A stretch of 63,808 nucleotides of DNA, filler included, from Octopus bimaculoides (taxonomy: Eukaryota), in the NCBI RefSeq assembly GCF_001194135.2. It is 5 parts of 3 records of this genome, joined end to end, with 100 filler letters (N's around TTAATTAATTAA, not from the genome) between each part and the next. Parts side by side here need not be neighbours in the genome. Positions count along the whole stretch, not along the records: positions 1 to 28,258 come from NC_068986.1; 4 more parts are not named here. One strand, 5' to 3'. A program made the position numbers and the translations under genes. Positions 12,089 through 24,511 of this stretch are shown in pieces. Below the pieces are notes generated by a model, which worked only from the letters and a program-made list of their open reading frames with translations, made no database searches and was not told the origin of the DNA. Positions within the stretch are counted from its first letter, which is position 1. Each line of letters opens with the position of its first letter.

Positions 12089-12425
12089 GGCGGCGAGCTG
12101 GCAGAAACGTTAGAACGTCGGGCGAAATGCTTATCTGTATTTCATCTGCCGTTACGTTCTGAGTTCAAATTCCGCCGAGGTCGACTTTGCCTTTCATCCT
12201 TTCGGGGTCGATAAATTAAGTACCAGTTACACACTGGGGTCGATGTAATCGACTTAATCTCCTTTTCTGTCCTTGCTTGTCCCCTCTATGTTTAGCCCCT
12301 TGTGGGCAATATTGAAATAAGAAACGTTAACACGCCGGGCGAAAAGCTTAGCAGTATTTCGTCTGTCTTTACGTTCTAAGTTCAAATTCCACCGAAGTGT
12401 TTCCTCTTTTCGGGGTCGATAAATT
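12089..12425 (+). mobile_element. SINE family A head-to-tail dimer
   Basis: Complete monomer 12089-12319 (ggcggcgagctggcagaaacg...gttcaaattcc...tgtgggcaat..gaaata), then a second monomer starting at agaaacgtt. Confidence 0.92.
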
Positions 12426-12664
12426 AATGAATCTAAAGAAAGGATACTATGCATTTTGTTCTATGCTCTACAATTCAAATCCTCGCGACCAATAATCTAC
12501 ATCGGTAAATTAGTATAAACATTATATATGAAAATCACCACTGGTTCATTAACAAATATTAATACTTACAGTTAATCATTAATCGAAACATATTGCCAAT
12601 CATTATTGAAACATGCTTCAAATCATTATTGATACATACTGCACATCTTTGTTGATATATACAC

Positions 12665-13075
12665 TTTACTCTTTACTCTTTTACTCTTTTACTCTTTTAC
12701 TTGTTTCAGCCATTTGACTGTGGCCATGCTGGAGCACCACCTTTAGTTGAGCAAATCGACCCAGGACTTATTCTTCGTAAGCCTAGTACTTATTCCATCG
12801 GTATCTTATGCCGAACCGTTAAGTTACGGGGACATAAGCACACCAGCATCCGTTGTCAAGCGATGTCGGGGGGCACAAACACAGACACGCAAACATATAC
12901 ACACACATACATATATATACATATATACGACGAGCTTCTTTCAGTTTCCGCCCACCAAATTCACTCACAAGGATTTGGTCGGCCCGAAACTATAGTAGAA
13001 GACACTTGCCCAAGGTGCCACGCAGTGGGACTGAACCCGGAACCATGTGATTGGTAAGCAAGCTACTTACCACAC
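12665..13075 (-). mobile_element. SINE family B, near complete
   Basis: Reverse complement gives a tRNA-like head (gtggtaagtagcttgcttacc..gggttcagtccc), caccttgggcaagtgtcttc, an internal (TG/TA)n tract and a (GAGTAAAA)n tail. Confidence 0.9.
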
Positions 13076-13548
13076 AATGGAATCAATTCCAAGTAATTTA
13101 TGTAAACATGTCTCCCAAGAATTGAATCAGAACATATCCCTGGATTTGACAAGCTATCACAAATGCAGTCCTATATGTCACACAAATTGAATTAAAACTT
13201 GGCATCAGTAAATTTTTATCTGAATTAAAGCAAAGCCGACAGAGGCGATAATACACATCAAAGATACAAGAAATACAATGATAGTTGAATGAACATCAGT
13301 TGTGACGTACTAATACAATAATTCAACACCCTATCAGTTTGGAATTGGTGATTGATCCCACGTAATTAGTGACGTATATAGATACACTGATAGAAATACA
13401 GGATCAGTAAATGGATGATCGGAGCAAAAATGTGTGAATAGAGCAAGACTACAAGTACTCACTGTAATTGTTGACGATAGCGATATGTGATAGCAATCGT
13501 AGCCGTTAATGGTAGGTAATATCATAGCAATATTATTGCACTGTTAAT

Positions 13549-13990
13549 GGCGGCGCGCTGGCAGAAACGTTAGCACGCTGGGCGAAATTCTTAGCGCTAT
13601 TTCGTCTGTCGCTACGTTCTGAGTTCAAATTCCACCGAGGGCCACTTTGCCTTTAATCCTTTCGGTGTCGATAAATTAAGTACCTGTTAAGCACTGTGGT
13701 TGATGTAATCCACATAATCCCGTTCTTGTTTGTCCCATCTATGTTTAGCCCCTTGTGGGCAATAAAGAAATACGAAACGTTAGCACACAGGGCAAAATGC
13801 TTCGCGGTATTTCGTCTGCCGTTACGTTCTGAGTTCGAATTCCGCCGAAGTCGACTTTGCCTTTCATCCTTTCGGGGTCGATTAAATAAGTACCAGTTAC
13901 GCACTGGGGTCGATATAATCGACTTAATCGGTTTGTCTGCCCTTGTTTGTACCCTCTGTGTTTAGCCCCTTGTGGGCAATAAAGAAATAA
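13549..13990 (+). mobile_element. SINE family A head-to-tail dimer
   Basis: Monomer 1 13549-13772, monomer 2 13773-13990; same junction position as the other dimers. Confidence 0.92.
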
Positions 13991-14344
13991 TAAACTTCAA
14001 CAGTACACAGTTAAAAGCCTTAAGTTGGTCCGAAATGCGTGATTACAAGAACAATGAGTGTATCTCTTGATAGAAGCACGAATTTATCATAGAAAGAACT
14101 ACATCAGAGACACTAAACCGTCTCTTCTTGCTGAGAACATACTTAAGCTCCAACAGCGAATAACCTTCCTCACTGCTTAAGTAAGATCTACAATATAGTA
14201 AAACAGCCGTATTTGAGATGGTGCTGCCACTTCACGTATCGACACACTACACTGTATCCGAAATAAAGGCAAGTCTCCAACACAACTGAGAATTAGGATA
14301 TCACAGCCTTCATTGCAAGCTCTCGAACACTGTACTGATCAAAA

Positions 14345-14460
14345 TCGGCGAACTGGTGGAGTTGGTAGCACAACAGATAAAAATCTTAGTGACGTTTCTT
14401 CCGGGTTTAAGTTCTGAGTTCAAATTCCGCTGAGATTGTCTTTGCCTTTTATATTTTCAG
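14345..14460 (+). mobile_element. SINE family A, decayed
   Basis: ggcgaactgg..ttctgagttcaaattccgc..tttgccttt. Confidence 0.6.
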
Positions 14461-14583
14461 ATTCCAGTAAATATTAATCAGATGAACAAATTTCAAGCGT
14501 TGTGTCTATAGTAGATCGAAAAATATACTGTAGCGATCTCTCTATCTCTATCTCTATCTATCTGTATGTGTATATATGTACAT

Positions 14584-14634
<51 letters not shown>

Positions 14635-14659
14635 GTGCGCGTGTGTGTGTGCGTGCGTG

Positions 14660-15065
14660 TATGAGCGCGGGAATTGAGGTGTGCGCATGGGTGTTTGGTT
14701 TAGAATTTAGCTTTACAAACAGATGCTTTCGGGTTGAGTCTTACCGCCTGGCATGTTGGTGTCTTCGATTGTAATCCCAGGTCGACTAATGCCTTCTAAG
14801 TGATATTGGTTGGTGGAAACTATGTGGAAGCCGTATTGTATATAACATGTGTATGCTTGTGAACTTGTATCTTTATTTAATCCACCACCACCACCATCGC
14901 TTGGCAACAAGTGTTCGTTTCGTAACGGTCCCTGATTCAGCGGTTCGACAAAAGAGAATAAGTACCAGATTTTAAAAAAATAAGAACTTGGGTCGATTTT
15001 CTCGGCTAAACCTTCAGGGTGGTGCCCCAGCATGGCCGCAGTCAAGTGATTGAAATACACAAGAT
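14660..15065 (+). mobile_element. SINE family B, decayed
   Basis: ccatcgcttggcaac..cagcggttcg..aataagtacc..ggtggtgccccagcatggccgcagtc. Confidence 0.75.
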
Positions 15066-15637
15066 AATTGATATATTGTATATGTCTGTATATGTCTGTA
15101 TGTGTCTGACTGAGAGGTAGTATATGTATGTGTGAATATACAGAGAGTGAGAAGAAAAGAGAGAGAAAAAGCAAGAACTACAAATAGCGATTAGACACAG
15201 CGAACCCATCCACTTGGTCTCTGTGACGGCCTGTCTACTCGATATCTATAGATTGTGTATTATCTCTTGGCATTTATAAGTTATGTCTATTTAATTACCA
15301 ATTTCATGTTGTGCCTAGTCAGTCATCATATCAAGCTGTGTCTTGTTAACAACATCTTCAAGATATCTAAACCATGGAGATACCGCAGATAGCTGGACGC
15401 CATATTGTGTGTTTAATTGTCTCGTTGAATTCCCCAAATGATGATCCGAATTGCAATGGTTTCTAGTATCTTTCGAATTTAACTCTCATCCGATTACTAT
15501 AAAATATATTAAAGTCTCTTAATGGATTTCATTTGATTCAATGTGGGTTGTACTCTAAATTACGGAATTTTGGCTAGTAAAATGCAAGGATGTAATTTTC
15601 TGCGTACGTAGTGTCGTTATGCATGCATGCGTGTGTG

Positions 15638-15677
<40 letters not shown>

Positions 15678-16454
15678 CATGTGTGTGTGCACGTGAGTGT
15701 GTGTAACAAGTACAAACAGAAAATATATACTGTTTACTGAAAATGTATACAGATAAATAGATAGGTAGGTATGCAAGTAGGTTGGTAGATAGGTAGATAG
15801 AAAGGCATATACATACAGGTAATATGTGTATATACATATGTATATACATTTACATATATGTATATTATACATATATATTTGTATATATATATGTATGTAT
15901 ATATATGTGTGNNNNNNNNNNNNNNNNNNNNNNNNNNNNNNNNNNNNNNNNNNNNNNNNNNNNNNNNNNNNNNNNNNNNNNNNNNNNNNNNNNNNNNNNN
16001 NNNNNNNNNNNNNNNNNNNNNNNNNNNNNNNNNNNNNNNNNNNNNNNNNNNNNNNNNNNNNNNNNNNNNNNNNNNNNNNNNNNNNNNNNNNNNNNNNNNN
16101 NNNNNNNNNNNNNNNNNNNNNNNNNNNNNNNNNNNNNNNNNNNNNNNNNNNNNNNNNNNNNNNNNNNNNNNNNNNNNNNNNNNNNNNNNNNNNNNNNNNN
16201 NNNNNNNNNNNNNNNNNNNNNNNNNNNNNNNNNNNNNNNNNNNNNNNNNNNNNNNNNNNNNNNNNNNNNNNNNNNNNNNNNNNNNNNNNNNNNNNNNNNN
16301 NNNNNNNNNNNNNNNNNNNNNNNNNNNNNNNNNNNNNNNNNNNNNNNNNNNNNNNNNNNNNNNNNNNNNNNNNNNNNNNNNNNNNNNNNNNNNNNNNNNN
16401 NNNNNNNNNNNNNNNNNNNNNNNNNNNNNNNNNNNNNNNNNNNNNNNNNNNNNN

Positions 16455-16476
16455 GTTTCGAGCTACGCTCTTCAAC
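16455..16476 (-). ncRNA. Partial variant hammerhead-like motif (cut by gap)
   Basis: Reverse complement gttgaa-gagc-gta-gctc-gaaac, identical to the corresponding part of the 28086-28122 copy. Confidence 0.4.
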
Positions 16477-16654
16477 TATATATAGATAGATAGATAGATA
16501 GATAGATACATACATACATACATACATACATTCATATATGCATACATGCATGCATACATACATACATACATACATATATGCATACATGCATGCATACATA
16601 CATACATACATATATGCATACATGCATACATACATACATACATACATACATACA

Positions 16655-16687
<33 letters not shown>

Positions 16688-16690
16688 GCA
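16477..16690. repeat. (GATA)n/(CATA)n compound microsatellite
   Basis: Direct reading. Confidence 0.95.
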
Positions 16691-16704
16691 AGCATGTATG
16701 CTAA

Positions 16705-16835
16705 TATTCAGGTTTCATTTCCCGATTTCTTGCCAATAGAGATGGATCCGGTTTCTAACCTAATTCCAAGGCTCCTTCATTAAAATTTCACCAACATCAA
16801 CAGGGTATATTTGTACGTAATTATATGAACGGATC
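16705..16835 (-). repeat. Unclassified interspersed repeat fragment (probable SINE tail)
   Basis: Recognised by recall (aatgaaggagccttgga..aggttagaaaccgg..ctctattggcaagaaatc on the minus strand); single copy in this window. Confidence 0.4.
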
Positions 16836-17518
16836 TGTATGTTTTGTTTTATGCATGTATTCTCATACACATAGTTTAACATGTAGACATGCTCATTTAT
16901 ACTCAAATGTATGTATGGATATATGTATGTATATATAAGAACCTATATTCCTTCACAGATGTTACAACAATGGATTCCCCTTGTGGCAGGTGTTCAAAGA
17001 CTTGCGACCCGCACTGAGATATGGTCTTATTCTACCATGGAAGTTTTCATTCCATGCATTGTATATTTCTGCTGCAGCACGGCCAGTCGTAGTTTGGAAC
17101 ACTTACTAGGGATATTTAAAATCAAGCGATGCTTGTGCCTAAATCATTTTAATGTCGGGTAACCTTCACGCAGGACTAAATCCCACTTAATAGATAACGT
17201 GAAAATTAACCCAAAGACAAAATGTCCTATATATCATTCGTTGTAAATGAAGACACGTGATAATTGAAGCGTCCTGTAGTTTCAGGATAATCGATAGTCG
17301 ATCAGTTCAACCAGAATGCATGACAAAACCAGTGATATTTTGTCCTCGGGCTGTTTTGTCCAGATCCCGTTTAACCATTCTTTTAAAAGCTTGATATGGT
17401 TACTGGGTCAGTAGCCGACGCCCAGACCCTACGACCGGTTTTATTGCGTTACAGGCTACAGTGCCACTAAGAGTGAGTGGACATAATACACACGTACAAA
17501 CACACTCAAACACGCTCA

Positions 17519-17556
<38 letters not shown>

Positions 17557-18299
17557 TGCACATCTTTTTCGTGTTTCAGTCATGTGACTGCGACCATGCT
17601 GTGGAAAAACTTCCATAGGCTTTTATTTGTACAAATTGACCAGAGTACTAATGTTTTAATTCTTCTTTAATTATTATCATAATTACTCTATTGCTGGGCC
17701 TCTAATTTAGGAGAACGTAAACAAACCAGCACCAATTTTCAAGCCATGCACATATTGACATAGACGTATGTGTATGTGTGTGTGTGGAGGCGTTGAAAAG
17801 TAGTTGGGACGCTGCACTCATGATCATAAGATTGTGGTTTCAATTCCTGGACTAGGCGATGTCTTGTGTTCACGAGTACACAATTTTATGTCACCTTGCT
17901 ATGGGCCACTGCGGTGACAAAAATGAGATATCTTGCGGCAGACCGACGTTTCGTCCAGGTGGAGAATATGTACAGCACAGAATCTTGGAAACATACAAGC
18001 ACACACCCACAAGCACACACGCACAAGCACACACACACGCGCGGGCGCGCGCGCATGACCATATATACACACGCACTCTTGACACACACACACACACACG
18101 AGGAGACATATGGAGACTCACATCCATATATAACAGACGCACGTACATAGTCACACAAGCCCATATACATAGACACACTCAAACATGTTCGCACAGGGAG
18201 ACAGGTACACACACATACACACACACACATACAAATACACACAAATATATACATATATACATACATACATATATACATACATACATACCTTTGAACGAT

Positions 18300-18620
18300 T
18301 AACCGGAGATGATTTTTTTTTAAATGAGAATATCTGAAATAAACTTGACTGCAGCCAAGAATACTAAAAATGAAACAGACCGCTCTTAAAAATTAAGTAA
18401 CAAAAAACGGGAAAATAGTCCAGAATCCTTTTCGGTACCGGATCGATCGCAAAATCTAATCAGTTCGTGCCTGTCACAAGGTAAAACATCCCTCAAAGTT
18501 TCATTCGAATCCATCCAAAGGTTCTTGAGATATCTTGTCCCACGGACAAACAAGCAAGCAAACAAACAAACGCAACTGAAAACAATACCTCTGCCAAGCT
18601 ATCGTTTTGAATCTCGACGA
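18300..18620 (+). mobile_element. Helentron/HINE (DINE-like) non-autonomous element, tentative
   Basis: aagtttcattcgaatccatcc..ggttcttgagatatc..acggac(aaac)n..aaaacaatacctc: core, then tetranucleotide tract, then decayed terminal hairpin. Confidence 0.45.
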
Positions 18621-19214
18621 TTTATTAAAAATAAAACACTCTGATTGAAAAGAATCAAAATATTGACGATAGTAATATTTTTCATCATACTTCTCTTCGA
18701 TAATATCTAACCTGGGGTTAAACAATAAAACAGAAAGAGATAAGAATCTTTCTTTCTTCAACTCAAAAGTTTCGTGATTATTTCCTCACTACTTGATAGC
18801 ATCTAGGAAAAAAATCCAAATTAAAACTAATAAATAACATGGTTCTTAACAATAAATATATCAGTGAAATCTATGAAAATTTGATTTAACAATCTACAGT
18901 AGGAGCAATGTCAACGACTTAAGACAGTGTCAAGAGCGAATCTAACAGTTGAATGTTGAATTTACACCATTAGACATCGAATTCTAAGGGATTAACGGTG
19001 TCATGAATTGGTCCTATAATGGCACTGATTCCAAAAGTTTAAATAATTCCAATAAAATATCACGAAAAATATATAAATTTGATAAAGTATTGTAAAATAC
19101 TTTAGAAAATAGATATCAAAATATTATTGATAATTTAATATAGAATATTATCTTCAGTCTAAAGCATTTTAAATTACTCTTGCAGGCTCAGGCGTGGCAT
19201 TCAGGCTCAGGCGT

Positions 19215-19370
19215 GGCATTCAGGTTCAGGCGAGCTTCCCAAACATTTAGTTCCGGGTTCTGTCCCACTGCGTCGCACATAGGGCAAGTGTTTTCCACTA
19301 TGGCCTCGGAATGTCCAAAGCTTTGTAAGTGGATTTGGTAGACAGAAACTGAAAGAAACACGTCCTGTAT

Positions 19371-19375
<5 letters not shown>
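19215..19375 (-). mobile_element. SINE family B, 5' part
   Basis: ccgggttctgtcccactgcgtcgcacatagggcaagtg..gtggatttggtagac as given on the plus strand, running into (CA)n; orientation not firmly resolved. Confidence 0.55.
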
Positions 19376-19441
<66 letters not shown>

Positions 19442-20269
19442 ATGAGATAGAGACGGAAAAAGAAAGAGAGAACGAAAAATANNNNNNNNNNNNNNNNNNN
19501 NNNNNNNNNNNNNNNNNNNNNNNNNNNNNNNNNNNNNNNNNNNNNNNNNNNNNNNNNNNNNNNNNNNNNNNNNNNNNNNNNNNNNNNNNNNNNNNNNNNN
19601 NNNNNNNNNNNNNNNNNNNNNNNNNNNNNNNNNNNNNNNNNNNNNNNNNNNNNNNNNNNNNNNNNNNNNNNNNNNNNNNNNNNNNNNNNNNNNNNNNNNN
19701 NNNNNNNNNNNNNNNNNNNNNNNNNNNNNNNNNNNNNNNNNNNNNNNNNNNNNNNNNNNNNNNNNNNNNNNNNNNNNNNNNNNNNNNNNNNNNNNNNNNN
19801 NNNNNNNNNNNNNNNNNNNNNNNNNNNNNNNNNNNNNNNNNNNNNNNNNNNNNNNNNNNNNNNNNNNNNNNNNNNNNNNNNNNNNNNNNNNNNNNNNNNN
19901 NNNNNNNNNNNNNNNNNNNNNNNNNNNNNNNNNNNNNNNNNNNNNNNNNNNNNNNNNNNNNNNNNNNNNNNNNNNNNNNNNNNNNNNNNNNNNNNNNNNN
20001 NNNNNNNNNNNNNNNNNNNNNNNNNNNNNNNNNNNNNNNNNNNNNNNNNNTCTTTCGTTGCTCGAAAAAATGTTCGTTTTCTGTTTTCGTTTCTATGTTT
20101 TCGTTTCTCATTGTGTTTAACGTTTTTTTTTATGTCCTGTACCCATATATGCATGTATGCATACATATAGATGTAGGTATGTACATACATGTATGGATAT
20201 ATGCATATATATTTATATATTATTTATATTATTGTATGATCGAACGCCACGCATCCTTTTTCCAAGTTT

Positions 20270-20322
<53 letters not shown>

Positions 20323-20359
20323 TTATGGGTTGGGGAGTATTTTTGTATCTGTGTGTGTC

Positions 20360-20585
20360 GACCACCACTGCTTGACAACCGTTCTTGGCATGTTTACACT
20401 CCCGTAATTTAACTTACCAGTTTGACAAAAAAGACCGATAGAATAACTATAAAGCTTCAAAACAAAGCCACAAACAAAAATTCCTAGAGTCGATTCATTC
20501 GACTAAAAATTTTTCAAGGTGTTGCCCCAGCATGGCCGCAGTCTAATGACTGAAACGAGCAAGAGATACAAGATAAAAGATAACC
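20360..20585 (+). mobile_element. SINE family B, 3' half
   Basis: accaccactgcttgacaacc..gactaaaaatt..tgccccagcatggccgcagtctaatgactgaaac. Confidence 0.8.
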
Positions 20586-21182
20586 ATGGCAAGCCCACAA
20601 GACGTTATGGTTTTTGCTTCTTTTTTTCCTCGTCAACAATGTGGTTTTGACACCCAGAATATCCAACCCTTGCTCCCTCGGTCTATCCATTATATATAAT
20701 ATATGAACCTCATTGAGATGTAATTTATTTAATCACATATATTAAGTACATCATATATATATATTATTATTAGTTGTTATTTCTTTTACCTCTGAAACGA
20801 ACGGTGAAGCAGTCTATCTCACATCATGATGGTTTTTATTGTAATTATTAACTTTTTGTCTTCTTTTCTCTCTTTTCATTTTTTTTTGTTGTTTTTGTTT
20901 TTTTGTAAGTGTGAGGCGTTTTTTTTTTTTTCTCTGTTAATGATAAAAGAAAATATCAACAGTTTGATAGAAGGAGTAAAAGAGATATGAAATGTCCTGA
21001 TGGGCGGTCATCAGATTAGAGAAACTGGGGGTGGCTCACCGACTCACCTCGCTGCTTGTCTTCATCTTGCTTCTCCTCCTGTCCACTCCTCCTCCGCTTT
21101 CTTTATTTCTTTCTTTCTTTCTTTCTTTCTTTNNNNNNNNNNNNNNNNNNNNNNNNNNNNNNNNNNNNNNNNNNNNNNNNNN

Positions 21183-21690
21183 GAAGAAGAAGAAGAAGAA
21201 GAAGAAGAAGAAGAAGAAGAAGAAGAAGAAGAAGAAGAAGGAGAACACGAAGAAGAAGAAGAAGAAGAAGAGATGATGATAGCTATGATGATGAGGATGA
21301 AGTGGCAAGGAAGGAAGGAAGAAAGGAAGGAAGGAAGGAAGGAAGGAAGGAAAGGAGGCTGAGGAGAAGGCTGAGGAGAAGGCCGACAAGGAAGAGTTGG
21401 TGGAAGATAAAAAGTAACAGATGACGATGAAGGTGATGGTGGTGATGAAGAGGGAAGAAACGAAGACGAGAAGAAGAAGAAGAAGAAGAAGAAGAAGAAG
21501 AAGAAGAAGGAGAAGAAGAAGAAAGGAAGAAGAAGAAGAAGAAGAAGAAGAAGAAAGAGGAGGAGAAGAAGAAGAAGAAAGAGGAGGAGAAGAAGAAGAA
21601 GAAGAAGAAAGAGGAGGAGAAGAAGAAGAAGAAAGAGGAGGAGAAGAAGAAGAAGAAGAAGAAGAAGAAGAAGAAGAAGAAGAAGAGCAA
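21183..21690. repeat. (GAA)n/(GGA)n/(GGAA)n purine-rich compound repeat
   Basis: Direct reading; accounts for all ORF-track entries between 21000 and 21878. Confidence 0.95.
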
Positions 21691-22097
21691 CAACAACAAA
21701 CAACAGAAGCAGCAACAGCAAATGTATGAAAAACGACAGTGACAGGAACAGCGGAATGGATAAAAAAAAATATTGTGTAAAATCGAAGGTTACAGGAAAA
21801 ATACCGGTGTTGAATGCTCACTACGCCATGTGCTTTAAAAATGGATAGGATCTGTGAGGTTGGTGTGTCTTCAAGCACCTAACCCTAACTTTTTTAGTCT
21901 AGTAAACAGTAGAGAGAACGCAATAATTTTGCTGTTAAAGAACATTGAAGAACTCATGCAAAAGCTCAGCCATTCAGCTGCCCCCTTCCAGGGGACTTCT
22001 GTTTGCTTATAGTTTATTAAAACAGAGGCTCACGTTAAAATGAATGCGTTATGCATTGTGTTACATATGTTTGTATATTATAAGAATGTATCTATAT

Positions 22098-22410
22098 AGG
22101 CGTAGGCGTGGCTGTGTGGTAAGAAGCTTGCTTCCCAACCACATGGTCCCGGGTTCAATCTCACTGCGTGACACGTTGGGCATGTATCTTCTACCTTGTG
22201 AGTGGATTTGGTAGACGGAAGCTGAAAGAAACCTGTCGTATATATATATGTGTGTGTGTGTGTGCGCGCGTGTTTGTGTTTGTGTGTGTGTGTCCCCACA
22301 CCATCGCTTGACAACCGATGTTGGTGTGTTTGTATCCCCGTAACATAGTGGTTCGGCAAAAGAGACTGAATGAATAAGTACTAGGCCTACAAAGAATAAG
22401 TCTTTGGTCC
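22098..22410 (+). mobile_element. SINE family B
   Basis: ggcgtaggcgtggctgtgtggtaagaagcttgcttcccaaccacatggtcccgggttcaatc (A- and B-box-like), then the body. Confidence 0.9.
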
Positions 22411-23872
22411 AGTTCTATATTTATATATATTTTTATTCCCCTTAGCCATAGCCGTACCCGATATCCAACATATTACTAACATCAGCTGCCTGATGTCATC
22501 CACCCCCCCCCCTCCACACACACACAAATGCACATATATTTGTGTGTATGTATGATTTTGAGGAGGTATAGCGCTACTCATTAAATACCCGGTACCAATT
22601 GATGAATAACGAAAGTGCAGATGTAACGTTATCGCTTTTCTTAGATTACAGTTACTTCTCCTATAAGAAGCTTACACTCACAGCTCGATATTCGTACGAC
22701 ACTTTATAGCCTTCTCGTATATATATANNNNNNNNNNNNNNNNNNNNNNNNNNNNNNNNNNNNNNNNNNNNNNNNNNNNNNNNNNNNNNNNNNNNNNNNN
22801 NNNNNNNNNNNNNNNNNNNNNNNNNNNNNNNNNNNNNNNNNNNNNNNNNNNNNNNNNNNNNNNNNNNNNNNNNNNNNNNNNNNNNNNNNNNNNNNNNNNN
22901 NNNNNNNNNNNNNNNNNNNNNNNNNNNNNNNNNNNNNNNNNNNNNNNNNNNNNNNNNNNNNNNNNNNNNNNNNNNNNNNNNNNNNNNNNNNNNNNNNNNN
23001 NNNNNNNNNNNNNNNNNNNNNNNNNNNNNNNNNNNNNNNNNNNNNNNNNNNNNNNNNNNNNNNNNNNNNNNNNNNNNNNNNNNNNNNNNNNNNNNNNNNN
23101 NNNNNNNNNNNNNNNNNNNNNNNNNNNNNNNNNNNNNNNNNNNNNNNNNNNNNNNNNNNNNNNNNNNNNNNNNNNNNNNNNNNNNNNNNNNNNNNNNNNN
23201 NNNNNNNNNNNNNNNNNNNNNNNNNNNNNNNNNNNNNNNNNNNNNNNNNNNNNNNNNNNNNNNNNNNNNNNNNNNNNNNNNNNNNNNNNNNNNNNNNNNN
23301 NNNNNNNNNNNNNNNNNNNNNNNNNNNNNNNNNNNNNNNNNNNNNNNNNNNNNNNNNNNNNNNNNNNNNNNNNNNNNNNNNNNNNNNNNNNNNNNNNNNN
23401 NNNNNNNNNNNNNNNNNNNNNNNNNNNNNNNNNNNNNNNNNNNNNNNNNNNNNNNNNNNNNNNNNNNNNNNNNNNNNNNNNNNNNNNNNNNNNNNNNNNN
23501 NNNNNNNNNNNNNNNNNNNNNNNNNNNNNNNNNNNNNNNNNNNNNNNNNNNNNNNNNNNNNNNNNNNNNNNNNNNNNNNNNNNNNNNNNNNNNNNNNNNN
23601 NNNNNNNNNNNNNNNNNNNNNNNNNNNNNNNNNNNNNNNNNNNNNNNNNNNNNNNNNNNNNNNNNNNNNNNNTGTATTGTTGAATGACGATCGTAAATGA
23701 AATCCGAACCAGTCTTATGTGGTAGACCTTTAGACGCTGACACTTCTATGAAACCGTCTCCAAGTTAAATTTATTCGATAAACCATATTTAGTACCTTAA
23801 CGATAATATAACCATTTTGTAATCCTTCTCCAGAAGATATCTGCTTATAAATGAGAAAAAAACTTGCCACTA

Positions 23873-24310
23873 GGCGGGCCTGTGTGGTTTGACTATAGTT
23901 CCCCGACCACATGGTTCCGGGTTCAGTCTAACTCTATGGCATCTTGGGAAAGTGTCTTCTACTATATATTCGATCCCAACCAAAGCCATGGGAGTGGATT
24001 TGGTAGATAGAAACTGAAAGAAGCCCATCGTGTGTGTATGTGTGTATATGTATGTATATGTGTGAGTATATATTATGTGTGGCTGCATGTGTGTGTTTTT
24101 GTGTCTGCTTTTCTCCCCACTATCACTTGACAACAGGTGTTGATGTGCTTATGTCCCTTTAATAGCGGTTCGGTAAAAAGAGACCGATAAAACAAGTAGC
24201 AGGGCATTGAAAAAACTAAATACTGGAGTCGATTCTTACGAGTAAATACTCTTCATGACAGTGCCCCAGCAGGGCCACAGTCTGGCGGTTGAAACATGTA
24301 GAAGATAAAA
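23873..24310 (+). mobile_element. SINE family B
   Basis: ggcgggcctgtgtggt..ccacatggttccgggttcagtc..cttgggaaagtgtcttc..gagtggatttggtag..tgccccagcagggccacagtc. Confidence 0.85.
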
Positions 24311-24475
24311 GACAGAGTGACTAAACGCAGTTTAGAATTATGTAGAAGAGCAGACGACCTTAATCTATGAGGAACGAAACACTGAACTGTAGAAAGCGAA
24401 GATAAAATTCGTGATACAGCAAAAGTTATTAATATTGCTGTTGAGGATGATGACGACGATAAAAATAACAGCAGT

Positions 24476-24511
<36 letters not shown>

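Noticed and set aside
12089-12180. tRNA genes at SINE heads (also 22098 and 41430-41490)
   Set aside because: A/B-box-like motifs only, with no cloverleaf, and they continue into SINE bodies.
17030-17098. Minus-strand peptide TGRAAAEIYNAWNENFHG resembling the NPR W..F.G motif
   Set aside because: Stops lie immediately upstream, the splice sites are weak, the phase does not fit exon e, and it sits on another scaffold segment.
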